The notes below the pieces were generated by a model. It had not been told where the DNA came from and made no database searches. It saw only the letters and a program-made list of their open reading frames with translations. A stretch of 64,000 bases of DNA from Candidatus Bathyarchaeota archaeon (lineage in GTDB: Archaea > Thermoproteota > Bathyarchaeia > Bathyarchaeales > Bathycorpusculaceae). Position 1 is the first letter of the stretch, and each line of letters opens with the position of its first letter. Of this stretch, positions 1 through 9,225 are shown piece by piece. A program made the position numbers and the translations under genes. The stretch spans positions 1 to 64,000 of the forward strand of contig CAVZIW010000004.1 of NCBI GenBank assembly GCA_963775465.1. Reading direction: 5' to 3'.

Positions 1-43
1 TGGGTTTTTATCTTACCCTGCAGGGTCCGTAGCCAACTGTTAT

Positions 44-862
44 TCAACAACTGCCATTGAAATTCTGCAGAGATGTACCTTTTTGTGATTTTTGCCAAAT
101 GCAATCAAAATAACCTTGAACTACTTCGACTATGCTCTTGTTATTAGACCATAAAGCTGGGTGCGGAAGAGTTGTATCGACAGCTAAAGTGTTTATCATT
201 ATTTCATTTTTATCCCACACGCCAAAACCTACATTAGTTGGCTGCGAAATCACTCTTAATTCAAAATCAGGGTATTTCGAAATGGCTTCAAAATTCTTCA
301 ACCAGTTGCTCTCATCAACCTTCGGCAAGATAATCTGAAGTTGCACTTTTCTTTCAAGAGCTTCCCCGAGAATACTGACATTATTTAAAAGCCACGTAAT
401 TATCCTCCTCTTCGAAGCCAAATAACAGATACGCTCCTGAGCTTTTTTGGCATTCTTTTCAGCTTTTGCATACACCGCGTCTATATTAGCAATGAGCATG
501 AATTGAAATTTTTCATCTAATTCTTCCTTCCCGCAATCTCGTTTGTAACATTGCGTTAGCCTGAGAGCTTTCTCTTGGAGTTCTGCGGTCTTAATTATCC
601 TCTTTTGCATTAGAGCAGAAACACATTTTTCGATAGGAACAGCACGATATTCTAAAGGTTGAGAAATTATTGCCTCAACAAGGCCAGCTTCTTCTAACTG
701 CATCAAAACTCGATAAACGTCTGGTCTTGCAACTCTGGACAATAATGAAATTTCAGATGCTTTCAAACTTCTTGACTTAGCAAGCGATAGGTATACCTTG
801 GCTTGCAAATTACTTAACCCAAATTCACTAAGAATTGAACTATCTTCCTCAAGATTTTCCAT
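44..862 (-). CDS. TrmB-family transcriptional regulator (wHTH + PLD-like effector domain)
   Basis: N-terminal FGLSNLQAKVYLSL...RPDVYRVLMQLEEAGLV wHTH; C-terminal ALWSNN...YFDCIW typical of TrmB-like proteins; divergent from the PQQ gene. Confidence 0.85.
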   Translation of the reverse strand: MENLEEDSSILSEFGLSNLQAKVYLSLAKSRSLKASEISLLSRVARPDVYRVLMQLEEAGLVEAIISQPLEYRAVPIEKCVSALMQKRIIKTAELQEKALRLTQCYKRDCGKEELDEKFQFMLIANIDAVYAKAEKNAKKAQERICYLASKRRIITWLLNNVSILGEALERKVQLQIILPKVDESNWLKNFEAISKYPDFELRVISQPTNVGFGVWDKNEIMINTLAVDTTLPHPALWSNNKSIVEVVQGYFDCIWQKSQKGTSLQNFNGSC

Positions 863-990
863 TATCTCTTATTCTCAGCCCAATGAAGACTACCTAGAAT
901 ATGTGTCTCATTTTGTTTTTAAGATTATTGTTTGTCAGTGGATAACCACTTACAAGATCTTAAATTCTGTTTGAATCATATGCCACAGTT

Positions 991-1005
991 GTACATAAAA
1001 TGTAC
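991..1005. promoter_or_regulatory. Palindrome GTACA-TAAAA-TGTAC, candidate TrmB operator
   Basis: Perfect 5-bp arms about 20 bp upstream of the 1026 ATG in the divergent intergenic region. Confidence 0.4.
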
Positions 1006-1025
1006 TAAAAACGGAGAAAGAAAAA

Positions 1026-3698
1026 ATGCAAATAAGCAATAAAAAAACCATTTCTATAATAACCCTGATCTTACTGATGACAACCAGTTTTCAACTAGCT
1101 TTGATTCCCTCAACAAATGCGCATACACCTCCATGGTCAGTTCCAACGTACATGTACGTTAATGTTTCACCTAACCCCACTGGAGTTGGGCAGGAAGTTA
1201 ACATTAACTTCTGGCTCAATACCCCTCCGCCAACAGCAATAGCCCCTCCATACCCGGACTTCTGGCAAAACCTAACGGTTGTGGTAAAAACTCCTGACGG
1301 AAAAACTCAAACGCTTGGACCTTTCACTTCGGATACTACTGGAGGATCGTACACAACTTACACACCTAATGTTGTAGGCAATTACACTTTTCAGTCGTTC
1401 TTCAGCGGACAAACCTTAAACCCCAACCCGCCTCCTGGAACCCGACCTAGCGCAGCTGCAGGCGATTATTATCAACCCAGCGAGAGCAAAATAGTTACAC
1501 TGTTAGTGCAGGAGGAACCAATACTAGAGCCACCTGTAAACCCATATCCAACAGAATACTGGACGCGCCCAATCTATGGCAACAACAACAACTGGTACAC
1601 AATCGGCGGAAATTGGCTTCATCATGACACTAGAGGAACTTACAATGCTACTGGAAGCTACGCACCTTACACATTAGCCCCGAAGACAGCGCACATTTTG
1701 TGGACTAAGGTCGAGGCGTTCGGAGGTATAATGGGAGGCGAATTCGGCGGCGACCTAGACGCCAACTATTATTCAACTAGACAATACGAAACAATGTTCC
1801 AACCGATAGTTATCAATGGTATACTCTATTACACTGAATTTCCAGGGTCTGTAACTTATCCCTCCGGTAATGTTGCACTTGACCTGCGGACTGGAGAAAC
1901 GGTATGGACTTCGAGTTACCCACAAATGCTGCCATCAACTCCAATAACTCCCACGGATACAGTGCCAACTGCTGGCGCAAGTACAACTCTGACATATGGA
2001 CAAATACTCGATTACTATTCAATCAACCAGTACGGTGGTCTTGCGTACCTTTGGAGCACTGGAACCCCTGCAATTGTTGCGTCCGCTACTAAGATTCAAA
2101 CTGGAACAACCACGTACAACATGTTTGACGCTAAGAGTGGAAACTATTTATTGAGCATCGCAAACTGCACTGCATTTAATGCTGTTACTCAAGACGACAA
2201 AGGAAATTTGATTGGCTACTATGTAAACAATAGTATTCCTACCGCTCCAACGCTGAACCAGTGGAACTCTACCAAGGCCATCCTGAAGTATAATAATTTA
2301 GGTTTGTTCCAAATTCTTGGTCTGGAGATGTGGAGCCCCCCGAAAGGCGCCATTATTCCGTTTAGCGCAGGAATAGAATGGACAATACCGTTAGCAAATA
2401 ACATTTCAGGGAACCCCATAACGCTCAGCTACAGCGGTCTATCTAACAATGTAATACTCATGTCACAATACAGCAGTACAGGCGGTGGACTCGCTTTCCA
2501 GAGCGGATGGATAATTGAAGCAGCATATGATGCAGTCAAAGGCCAACTTCTATGGGGACCAATCAATCGAACTGAAAATGTTGGCACAAGAGTTTCTTAC
2601 GGCACTACAGGCAACGGCAATCAGGGCTATGCCATCGGAGATGGTGCTTGGGTAGAAACCGACCTCAACGCGGAGACAGTTACTGGTTACAACCTCCTTA
2701 CAGGCGAGAAGATATGGGGACCAGAAAAGTTACCAAATGCTCATCCTTTCACTAGTTTCGGCGTGCAGCAAATTGTCGCAAACGGAACAATCTACATCTG
2801 GACTTTTGGAGGAGACGTCTACGCTATCAATATTAAGACTGGCGACATCAAATGGGAATATCATTCACCATCGACAGGTAGCGAAAACCCATACGGTACA
2901 CGGGCTTTTTGGAGTAGTGGAGGAAGAGGAGTACTCGCTGATGGCTTGCTCTTCCTTGCTGAAGGACACGAATTCAATCCACCCTTGTATCATGGAACGC
3001 ATTTGCAAGCATTTGACATAAACACAGGGCAGATAGTATGGAACGTAACTGGCATGTTCGTTAACGGCGGCAAAGCAATCGCAGACGGAATCTTGGTAGG
3101 TGTAAACGCGTATGACAATCAGATATACGCTTTTGGCAAAGGACCGAGTAAGACAACTGTTACTGCGCCTAGCGTGGGAGTGACAACCTCGTCACCAATT
3201 ACTATCACGGGTTCAGTAATTGACATCTCTGCTGGCTCGAAGCAACAAGTTGTTGCAGCGAACTTTCCAAACGGTCTTCCATGCGTATCGGATGCAAGCA
3301 TGAGCAAGTTTATGGAAGCTGTCTACATGCAACAACCTATGCCAATCGATGTTTCTGGTGTCAAAATTGATATAAGCGTCGTTGATTCCAACGGAAATTG
3401 GAGAGAAATCGGTTCCACTACAAGCAATGCCATGGGTACTTACGGCTTCACGTGGACACCTGACATACCCGGAGATTACACAATTATCGCTACATTCGAA
3501 GGAACAGGTTCATACTACGGGTCTTCCGCCCAAACATACTTCCACGCAAGCGAACAAACGTCTTCAACTCCAACCGCTACAACTCAAGCAGACCTAGCAA
3601 CCATAGGAGACATAGTGACTTACTTGGCTATTGGAGTAATCGCAATAATCATTTCAATAGCTATAGTTGGCTTTCTCTTGCTTAGGAAAAGACCATAA
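1026..3698 (+). CDS. Secreted, C-terminally anchored PQQ-repeat beta-propeller protein with Ig-like domains
   Basis: Signal peptide; repeated ALDLRTGETVW/AINIKTGDIKW/AFDINTGQIVW PQQ motifs; Thr-rich linker, TM helix and RKRP tail. Confidence 0.85.
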   Translation: MQISNKKTISIITLILLMTTSFQLALIPSTNAHTPPWSVPTYMYVNVSPNPTGVGQEVNINFWLNTPPPTAIAPPYPDFWQNLTVVVKTPDGKTQTLGPFTSDTTGGSYTTYTPNVVGNYTFQSFFSGQTLNPNPPPGTRPSAAAGDYYQPSESKIVTLLVQEEPILEPPVNPYPTEYWTRPIYGNNNNWYTIGGNWLHHDTRGTYNATGSYAPYTLAPKTAHILWTKVEAFGGIMGGEFGGDLDANYYSTRQYETMFQPIVINGILYYTEFPGSVTYPSGNVALDLRTGETVWTSSYPQMLPSTPITPTDTVPTAGASTTLTYGQILDYYSINQYGGLAYLWSTGTPAIVASATKIQTGTTTYNMFDAKSGNYLLSIANCTAFNAVTQDDKGNLIGYYVNNSIPTAPTLNQWNSTKAILKYNNLGLFQILGLEMWSPPKGAIIPFSAGIEWTIPLANNISGNPITLSYSGLSNNVILMSQYSSTGGGLAFQSGWIIEAAYDAVKGQLLWGPINRTENVGTRVSYGTTGNGNQGYAIGDGAWVETDLNAETVTGYNLLTGEKIWGPEKLPNAHPFTSFGVQQIVANGTIYIWTFGGDVYAINIKTGDIKWEYHSPSTGSENPYGTRAFWSSGGRGVLADGLLFLAEGHEFNPPLYHGTHLQAFDINTGQIVWNVTGMFVNGGKAIADGILVGVNAYDNQIYAFGKGPSKTTVTAPSVGVTTSSPITITGSVIDISAGSKQQVVAANFPNGLPCVSDASMSKFMEAVYMQQPMPIDVSGVKIDISVVDSNGNWREIGSTTSNAMGTYGFTWTPDIPGDYTIIATFEGTGSYYGSSAQTYFHASEQTSSTPTATTQADLATIGDIVTYLAIGVIAIIISIAIVGFLLLRKRP

Positions 3699-3711
3699 AA
3701 AATCATCCACT

Positions 3712-3746
3712 ACCCTTTCCTTTTTTTAATTTCTGAATCTTCAGAA
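3712..3746. terminator. T-rich tract plus TTCTGAA-TC-TTCAGAA hairpin between convergent genes
   Basis: T run near 3721-3727 and 7-bp inverted repeat at 3731-3746. Confidence 0.5.
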
Positions 3747-3747
3747 T

Positions 3748-4152
3748 TTATTTTCTTCGGGATAGAGTTACCGTTATTCTGTTTCGGCTAAGGCTTTTGC
3801 GTAGTTCATTGTTGATTCTTGTGTTTTCTCGCCCTCGGCTTGCATGACCAAAACGCGTTATCTTCCAACCTTTGAGGTTTCCTCGAATGATTTGTGGGTT
3901 GCTTGTGACTAACAGAAAGGGCAGTTTTGTTTGGGAACAGTAGAGGTCCGCTATGGAGTTTAGGAATCGTTTGCCTATGCCTATGCCTTGATAATCTGGT
4001 AACACTACTAAGCGACTTACTCGATAATACTTAGTTTTCATTTTGGTGCATGCTACTGCCATGAATGCTATGGGCTTGTTTTGATAGAGTGCAACATAGC
4101 AGCGAACACCTGCACCTAAACTGCCGTTCAGATAATGATATTGCCGAAACAT
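3748..4152 (-). CDS. GNAT acetyltransferase domain, probably the C-terminal part of a frameshifted ABC-ATPase-GNAT fusion
   Basis: RVSRLVVLPDYQGIGIG acetyl-CoA motif A; frame stays open upstream to the A7 run at 4209-4215 (RPPIKLSVYRCGNNLWQMFRQYHYLN). Confidence 0.85.
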   Translation of the reverse strand: MFRQYHYLNGSLGAGVRCYVALYQNKPIAFMAVACTKMKTKYYRVSRLVVLPDYQGIGIGKRFLNSIADLYCSQTKLPFLLVTSNPQIIRGNLKGWKITRFGHASRGRENTRINNELRKSLSRNRITVTLSRRK

Positions 4153-4808
4153 CTGCCATAGGTTGTTGCCGCACCGATAAACGCTGAGTTTAATGGGCGG
4201 CCTGACTCTTTTTTTCGACTAAACTCCATAGTGTCAGTGCAGAACACCCAATCAGGATCCAGCCAATCCACAACATCATAGTGGCAAGTAACAGCTATGA
4301 ACTTCCTTGTCGATCTGCGAACTGCCTTGCTAATGGCAAAAGCACTGACTTTAGCGATTTCTCGATCCACAACTGAAGTAAACTCATCGAAGACTACCAG
4401 TTGCTTGTCCAAGGATAGAGCACGAGCAATATCCACTCGCATCTTCTCACCTTGGCTGAGACAGTCATAGCTTTTTAGCCAATCTGGAGGAGACGCAAAA
4501 CCAACACTGCAAAGCATATGCGTGATCTCATTAGTTTCTAATTCTTTAGGAAAATCATCAAGAACACACTTACTGTTGTAATCAAAGCCTTGGATATAGG
4601 ATTCAGAGAAGAGTTTTTTGGCTATGCTTGTTTTACCTGAACCACTGCGCCCAACAATCACGCCTATTTGCCAGTCAAAATCCTCAAGCGGCAAATGACC
4701 CTTAAACCGCTTTTCCAACTTAACATCGTTTAGCGTGTAGCTTCCTACAATGCTATGTGCTCTAAAGGAGTCAGATCCTTCCCAACGTTTTATAATGTCA
4801 AAATCCGT
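4128..4808 (-). CDS. Soluble ABC-type ATPase (phage/MGE type, no TM partner)
   Basis: Walker A GRSGSGKT, signature LSQGE, Walker B VVFDEF, H-loop VTCH; frame open from ACG at 4808 (TDFDIIKRWEG...) although the first canonical start is TTG at 4718. Confidence 0.85.
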   Translation of the reverse strand, partial: TDFDIIKRWEGSDSFRAHSIVGSYTLNDVKLEKRFKGHLPLEDFDWQIGVIVGRSGSGKTSIAKKLFSESYIQGFDYNSKCVLDDFPKELETNEITHMLCSVGFASPPDWLKSYDCLSQGEKMRVDIARALSLDKQLVVFDEFTSVVDREIAKVSAFAISKAVRRSTRKFIAVTCHYDVVDWLDPDWVFCTDTMEFSRKKESGRPLNSAFIGAATTYGRCFGNIII

Positions 4809-5362
4809 AGCTTATAACCCTCCAACTTTAACTTTTCATACTTAGCTTTCTGGTCAGCTTCATCTTTGCACTCAACAATTAACTCGTAAGTTCCAGGAAT
4901 AGAAAAAGAAATATCACGATCATCCACCTCAAAAGGAAGCTTCTCCCCAACGGATTCGAGGAGCGCCTTCAACTCCTCCTTCTCGCCATCCTCAACAATA
5001 CGCAAATACTCAGCACTGTCCAACTCTATGTTGTGTTTACCTCTCAGCTTGTTTAGCACCTGCCGCAGCAATCGCCGGTCAACATCTTTAACGGGCAAAC
5101 GGATTACGCTGCATTCAGTCATGCCAAGCTCCTTCATGGCGGTAACACGCTGCTGCCCATCAGCAACCAAAAGCTCACTGTTAGTTACTACGGGAACGAT
5201 GTCACCCCATCTCTTAATTGAAGCCTTCAATCGGTCAAGCTGCACAAGGCTCATCATATTGGGATTGTCTTGGTCAAATTTGAGATCACTGATTTTCACG
5301 CGTTCCGACATCGGAATCGGAATTTCTTGGTCTCGCTCGGTTTCTACTTGTCGATGGCTCAT
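4790..5362 (-). CDS. ParB/Sulfiredoxin N-terminal-domain protein
   Basis: KISDLKFDQDNPN...LKASIKRWGDIVPVV...VADGQQR ParB-N motif; C-terminal YELIVECKDEADQ...GYKLRILTL overlapping the ATPase frame. Confidence 0.8.
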   Translation of the reverse strand: MSHRQVETERDQEIPIPMSERVKISDLKFDQDNPNMMSLVQLDRLKASIKRWGDIVPVVTNSELLVADGQQRVTAMKELGMTECSVIRLPVKDVDRRLLRQVLNKLRGKHNIELDSAEYLRIVEDGEKEELKALLESVGEKLPFEVDDRDISFSIPGTYELIVECKDEADQKAKYEKLKLEGYKLRILTL

Positions 5363-6153
5363 ATTTTCGGATTCTCCGTAACATTTTCGGCAGTCGATGA
5401 TTGATCAATTTGGACACTTTGAGGATTCTTCTTAAACCACTCGCATGGCTCCGAGCAAATAGGACATTTTTCTTTAAGGTAAATTGAGTTACGTGCATCG
5501 ATCTCTGCGTTTTTCGCTTGTTCTTGTTGTTCTTCTAACTCGTCTTGCCTAGCTTGCTCGGGTGTCCTGTTAGCGATAAACTGCTGTATGTCCTCAGTTG
5601 TTTTGAAAACATGATGTTCTTCACAGTAATGCTCAAAACTCTTTGGAGTAAATAGGTCATGATTCCAAGCTGCATAGACGGGTGCCAAAAGCCTTTCTTG
5701 TTCGCCTTCACACAGCTCCCAATAGCCAGGCGTGCTAAAGATCTCTTCTTCAGCGTCGTATTGCTCTTTAAACTTGCGGGTTTCTTCTATAAGCCAATAA
5801 AACCGAGTGTAGAATACCCAATTAGCCATAGGGTCTTTATACGTTACAAAAGCATCCGTGAAGACTTGGAAAATATCCAGTATCCTAGCCATAAAGCGGC
5901 GGTTCGCTGCGTCCACAAGTGCCTGGTCATCTGTTGATAACGGATTATAGGTGGTGTCTCCGCGGTCTTTGGCTGCCTGCAATTCATCGGCATGGTATTG
6001 CAAGATTTGGGTTGCGCGTCTGTGTAATTCGTTTTCTGCTTCATTTAACTCTGCGTCTCCATTGTCCCATGTTATTCTTGTCGTGCCCTCTTTTGGGAGT
6101 TCAGGTAAAACATTTTTTTCCAATAAATGCAGTTTCCTGCTTAAAACGTTCAT
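5359..6153 (-). CDS. Hypothetical protein with C-terminal CxxC..C motif (mobile-element-like)
   Basis: 264-aa ORF coupled by 4-bp overlaps to both neighbours; CPICSEPC. Confidence 0.7.
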   Translation of the reverse strand: MNVLSRKLHLLEKNVLPELPKEGTTRITWDNGDAELNEAENELHRRATQILQYHADELQAAKDRGDTTYNPLSTDDQALVDAANRRFMARILDIFQVFTDAFVTYKDPMANWVFYTRFYWLIEETRKFKEQYDAEEEIFSTPGYWELCEGEQERLLAPVYAAWNHDLFTPKSFEHYCEEHHVFKTTEDIQQFIANRTPEQARQDELEEQQEQAKNAEIDARNSIYLKEKCPICSEPCEWFKKNPQSVQIDQSSTAENVTENPKI

Positions 6154-6446
6154 TTCTTCTTGTCCTCCGGTTTCGGTATTAGGATGCTGTTCTTGAGCTT
6201 CTCCTCTAACGTTAACACCCGAAGCTCCAACTCCTCATCCTTAAGCAATGGACCATAGGCTGAGACTGCTGAAACCAAAACTCGCGCCCACCCCTGCTTA
6301 GCTTTGTCGCTATTTCCGCCATTATGAATTTTTTTATGGGAGAGACTTAAAACACCGTCTAAAACGCGAAATAACGTGTTTCTGCGCTCCTTCGCGGAGC
6401 GGTTTAATGACGGTTTCTTGCCGGTTTTAACTTCAACTTCACTCAA
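6150..6446 (-). CDS. Small helical hypothetical protein, first gene of the MGE-like operon
   Basis: 98 aa; ELELRVLTLEEKLK coiled tail; overlaps the next start. Confidence 0.6.
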   Translation of the reverse strand: MSEVEVKTGKKPSLNRSAKERRNTLFRVLDGVLSLSHKKIHNGGNSDKAKQGWARVLVSAVSAYGPLLKDEELELRVLTLEEKLKNSILIPKPEDKKK

Positions 6447-6622
6447 ACTGCACTATGCCTTCCTGTTTTTGGCTCCAACACCAATGGAGAAAAGACAACG
6501 CAAAGCGAGTTAGCTTTCTATAGACAACAAAAAACAAGACAACGATTGGTATATTGTAGCATTGAGCAAATAACTTTTTTGGCTATTACAATAAAAAAAG
6601 GGAAAGGTTTTGGTTTTGATGT

Positions 6623-9064
6623 TTATGGCCGTTTTTTCAGTAGCAGCAACGCGAGCAAAGCAATGACAACTGCCATGGCAACGATGAGCCCTATTGACAT
6701 CGGCAAGAAGTAAAGATCAGCCATCGAAGCAGGCGTTGATGTTTGTGCCGAAGTAGCTTGAGATGCTTCTTCTACGCTCATGTAGGTCCGCGCGGATGAA
6801 CTTCCATAGGAGTTGGAACCCTCGAATGTTGCGATAACTGTGTATTGACCTGAAATGTCAGGCTTCCAAGTATATCCAAATGCACCCGTAATGTCAGAAG
6901 TGACTGTACCGATGTTTCTGTAGTTGTTATTGGAATCAATAACATCTAGTCTTACTTGAACGCCCTTTGCGTCGGTGGGAATGGTTTTTTGGGCATAAAT
7001 GTAATCCATCCACGCGCCCATGCTCTCGTCAGAAATAGCTGGCGTGTCCTTGGTACCAGCAGACTGGTCGGTTACTGTGCCAGTTATCACTACGCTCTGA
7101 CCTAGCGTCAACGCAGTCTGTGGTGCTGAAACGGTGATCTTGCTTGGGCCTTTGCCTATGGAAAACATCTGGTTAGTATAGGCGTTGTATCCTACTATGT
7201 ATCCGTCGGCCATAGATGATAGTACGTCTAGTCCTGTAAGACTCCAAATACCTTCTCCTGTTGTTTCATTGATAGCAAAAAGCCTTTGATTTCTAATCAG
7301 CGGAGATGTCGGTGAGTGATCACCTGTTGCTGAGTAAACTACGCCGCCTGCAATTATTATGCCATGGAACCATGGCCATGTGCCATAGGGAGTTTCCGTT
7401 GTATTATCTTTTCCACTGCTGAATTTCCAGATTTCTTTACCGTTGGCGATATCAAACGCATGTATATAACCGTCGTATGCCCCGACAAAAAGTTTGTTAT
7501 TTGCAATAAGGACCATATGTCTCGTTGTAAAATCGCCCCAAGGATAAACCAGCGGATCACTGACCCACTTCTTAATCCCGGTACTGGCATCGTAGCCAAC
7601 GAAGCTCATGCTCAACGTATCCCAATCAGCGTACATTCCGTCGCCAAAGGCGCAAACCCAACCATCGTTTGAGTGTTCGGTCGTCCGGTTGAAAGCCCAT
7701 AGCAGTTGACCTGTTTTTGTACTGTAACCTACATGTAATGGTTCATCAGCACGCGGAAAACCAGCTATTCTTTGTACGGCGTCTCCAGCAAAAGCAACCA
7801 GTACATCGCCCACGATTGCCTGAATCTGTGGGTAGTAAACAGCACCTAGTGAAGTCGCTACCTCTATTGGCACAGTCGTATTCCATTCTATGCCCTTGCG
7901 CCAGTCAAAAGTTCCTGACCTAGGACGCCACTCCAACAGGCTAGCGCCCTCAATCGATGCTGGGCTACCCGGATATTGCGGCAACATTCCTTCGTTTTGG
8001 AATGCTTTTGTTGAGTTCCACATTGCCAACCAACCGTTCGCCCCATCTAAGATATAAACATAGATTGTTCCGTCATCCCCGCGTAAAATCGTTCCTGTTG
8101 ATGCATTCGCAAAGCTGCAGGTTAGTTGCCCCGTGAAAGCATCGTACATTTTATAAGTTGAGCCCATGCTCCATAGGTATGCGTTAACACCGAATTGATT
8201 GCCTGAATTGAAATTGAAGAGTTGACCACATCTCAAAGTGTCATCCATAACCCGCCAGAGTTCTTCTCCAGTGCGTAAATCAACGGCGGCAAATCCCTGC
8301 GTTAAAGAAGAGCCTATTCGAATATTGTAATAGAGTACCCCATTGATGATTATCGTAAGTGGTAGTTTGGTTTCGTAGGAAAGACCAGTGTAATATTCTG
8401 TTCCTCCAAATTCCCCCCCTACAAGACCTCCAAAATCAAGTGACTTAGTCCACATTAAGTGAGGCGCCAATGCCGCTTGACTGTAGGGATTGTAAGCACA
8501 AGATGGGAACCAAGTGGCGTAAGTAGAGTTATAGCTGAGTTCTAGCCAATTGCCCGAGACAGATGACCATAGTCTATTCTCAGCGCTAATGGGGCGTGTC
8601 CAATAATCAGTAGGTAAAGGTTCATTCGGCCAGTCTGGAATCAGGTCATTTTGAACTACAAGAGTAATTGCAGGAGACGTGGATGACTTAAGGTTTACAT
8701 CGTTTGACGCAAAGTATTCTCCAGGATAGGAAACCACGAAGGTATAATTACCGATCTGGGCAGGGGTGTACGTGAAAAAGTTCATGCCATGTGTGTAGGT
8801 ATTCATCGTTCTGCTTTCGGTTGTTCCATCAGGTCCTGTGATCGTCACTTTCAGGTTATGGTAAACATCGGTGCCAGTAGGCAGTTCAGGTTGAACCCAC
8901 ACATTAACAAGGGCTCCTTGTCCAACGCCTACGGGATTAGGTTCTACAGCACAGAAAGCCGCGGTGTTTAGCTCTTTAGCGTAAGCTGCAGGAAAACCCG
9001 TCATTAATATTGAAGATGACAAAATCAAAAGAACTGCAATTGCAAAAACCTTGTTCTTTAACAT
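6623..9064 (-). CDS. Secreted, C-terminally anchored PQQ-repeat beta-propeller protein (paralog of 1026..3698)
   Basis: Signal peptide; PNPVGVGQ, YWTRPI, AVDLRTGEELW, AFDIANGKEIW, GKGPSK; TM helix and KKRP tail. Confidence 0.85.
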   Translation of the reverse strand: MLKNKVFAIAVLLILSSSILMTGFPAAYAKELNTAAFCAVEPNPVGVGQGALVNVWVQPELPTGTDVYHNLKVTITGPDGTTESRTMNTYTHGMNFFTYTPAQIGNYTFVVSYPGEYFASNDVNLKSSTSPAITLVVQNDLIPDWPNEPLPTDYWTRPISAENRLWSSVSGNWLELSYNSTYATWFPSCAYNPYSQAALAPHLMWTKSLDFGGLVGGEFGGTEYYTGLSYETKLPLTIIINGVLYYNIRIGSSLTQGFAAVDLRTGEELWRVMDDTLRCGQLFNFNSGNQFGVNAYLWSMGSTYKMYDAFTGQLTCSFANASTGTILRGDDGTIYVYILDGANGWLAMWNSTKAFQNEGMLPQYPGSPASIEGASLLEWRPRSGTFDWRKGIEWNTTVPIEVATSLGAVYYPQIQAIVGDVLVAFAGDAVQRIAGFPRADEPLHVGYSTKTGQLLWAFNRTTEHSNDGWVCAFGDGMYADWDTLSMSFVGYDASTGIKKWVSDPLVYPWGDFTTRHMVLIANNKLFVGAYDGYIHAFDIANGKEIWKFSSGKDNTTETPYGTWPWFHGIIIAGGVVYSATGDHSPTSPLIRNQRLFAINETTGEGIWSLTGLDVLSSMADGYIVGYNAYTNQMFSIGKGPSKITVSAPQTALTLGQSVVITGTVTDQSAGTKDTPAISDESMGAWMDYIYAQKTIPTDAKGVQVRLDVIDSNNNYRNIGTVTSDITGAFGYTWKPDISGQYTVIATFEGSNSYGSSSARTYMSVEEASQATSAQTSTPASMADLYFLPMSIGLIVAMAVVIALLALLLLKKRP

Positions 9065-9092
9065 CTATTTTTCCTCTTATCCATAATTATAA

Positions 9093-9108
9093 TACACATT
9101 GCTGTGTA
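9093..9108. promoter_or_regulatory. Palindrome TACACA-TTGC-TGTGTA, candidate TrmB operator
   Basis: Perfect 6-bp arms about 30 bp upstream of the 9064 start. Confidence 0.4.
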
Positions 9109-9225
9109 CAGTGAAGCTACTCTTTTTATAGACTTATTAAATCTTTTAATAACGAAAAATTATTTCAAAAAAACTTTAATTGCAACTTAATATATTGATA
9201 TTAGTGACTCAAGAGAGGACAAATT

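Noticed and set aside
4128-4718. ABC ATPase as a transporter subunit
   Set aside because: No permease or binding protein nearby; it is linked instead to ParB-N and GNAT domains.
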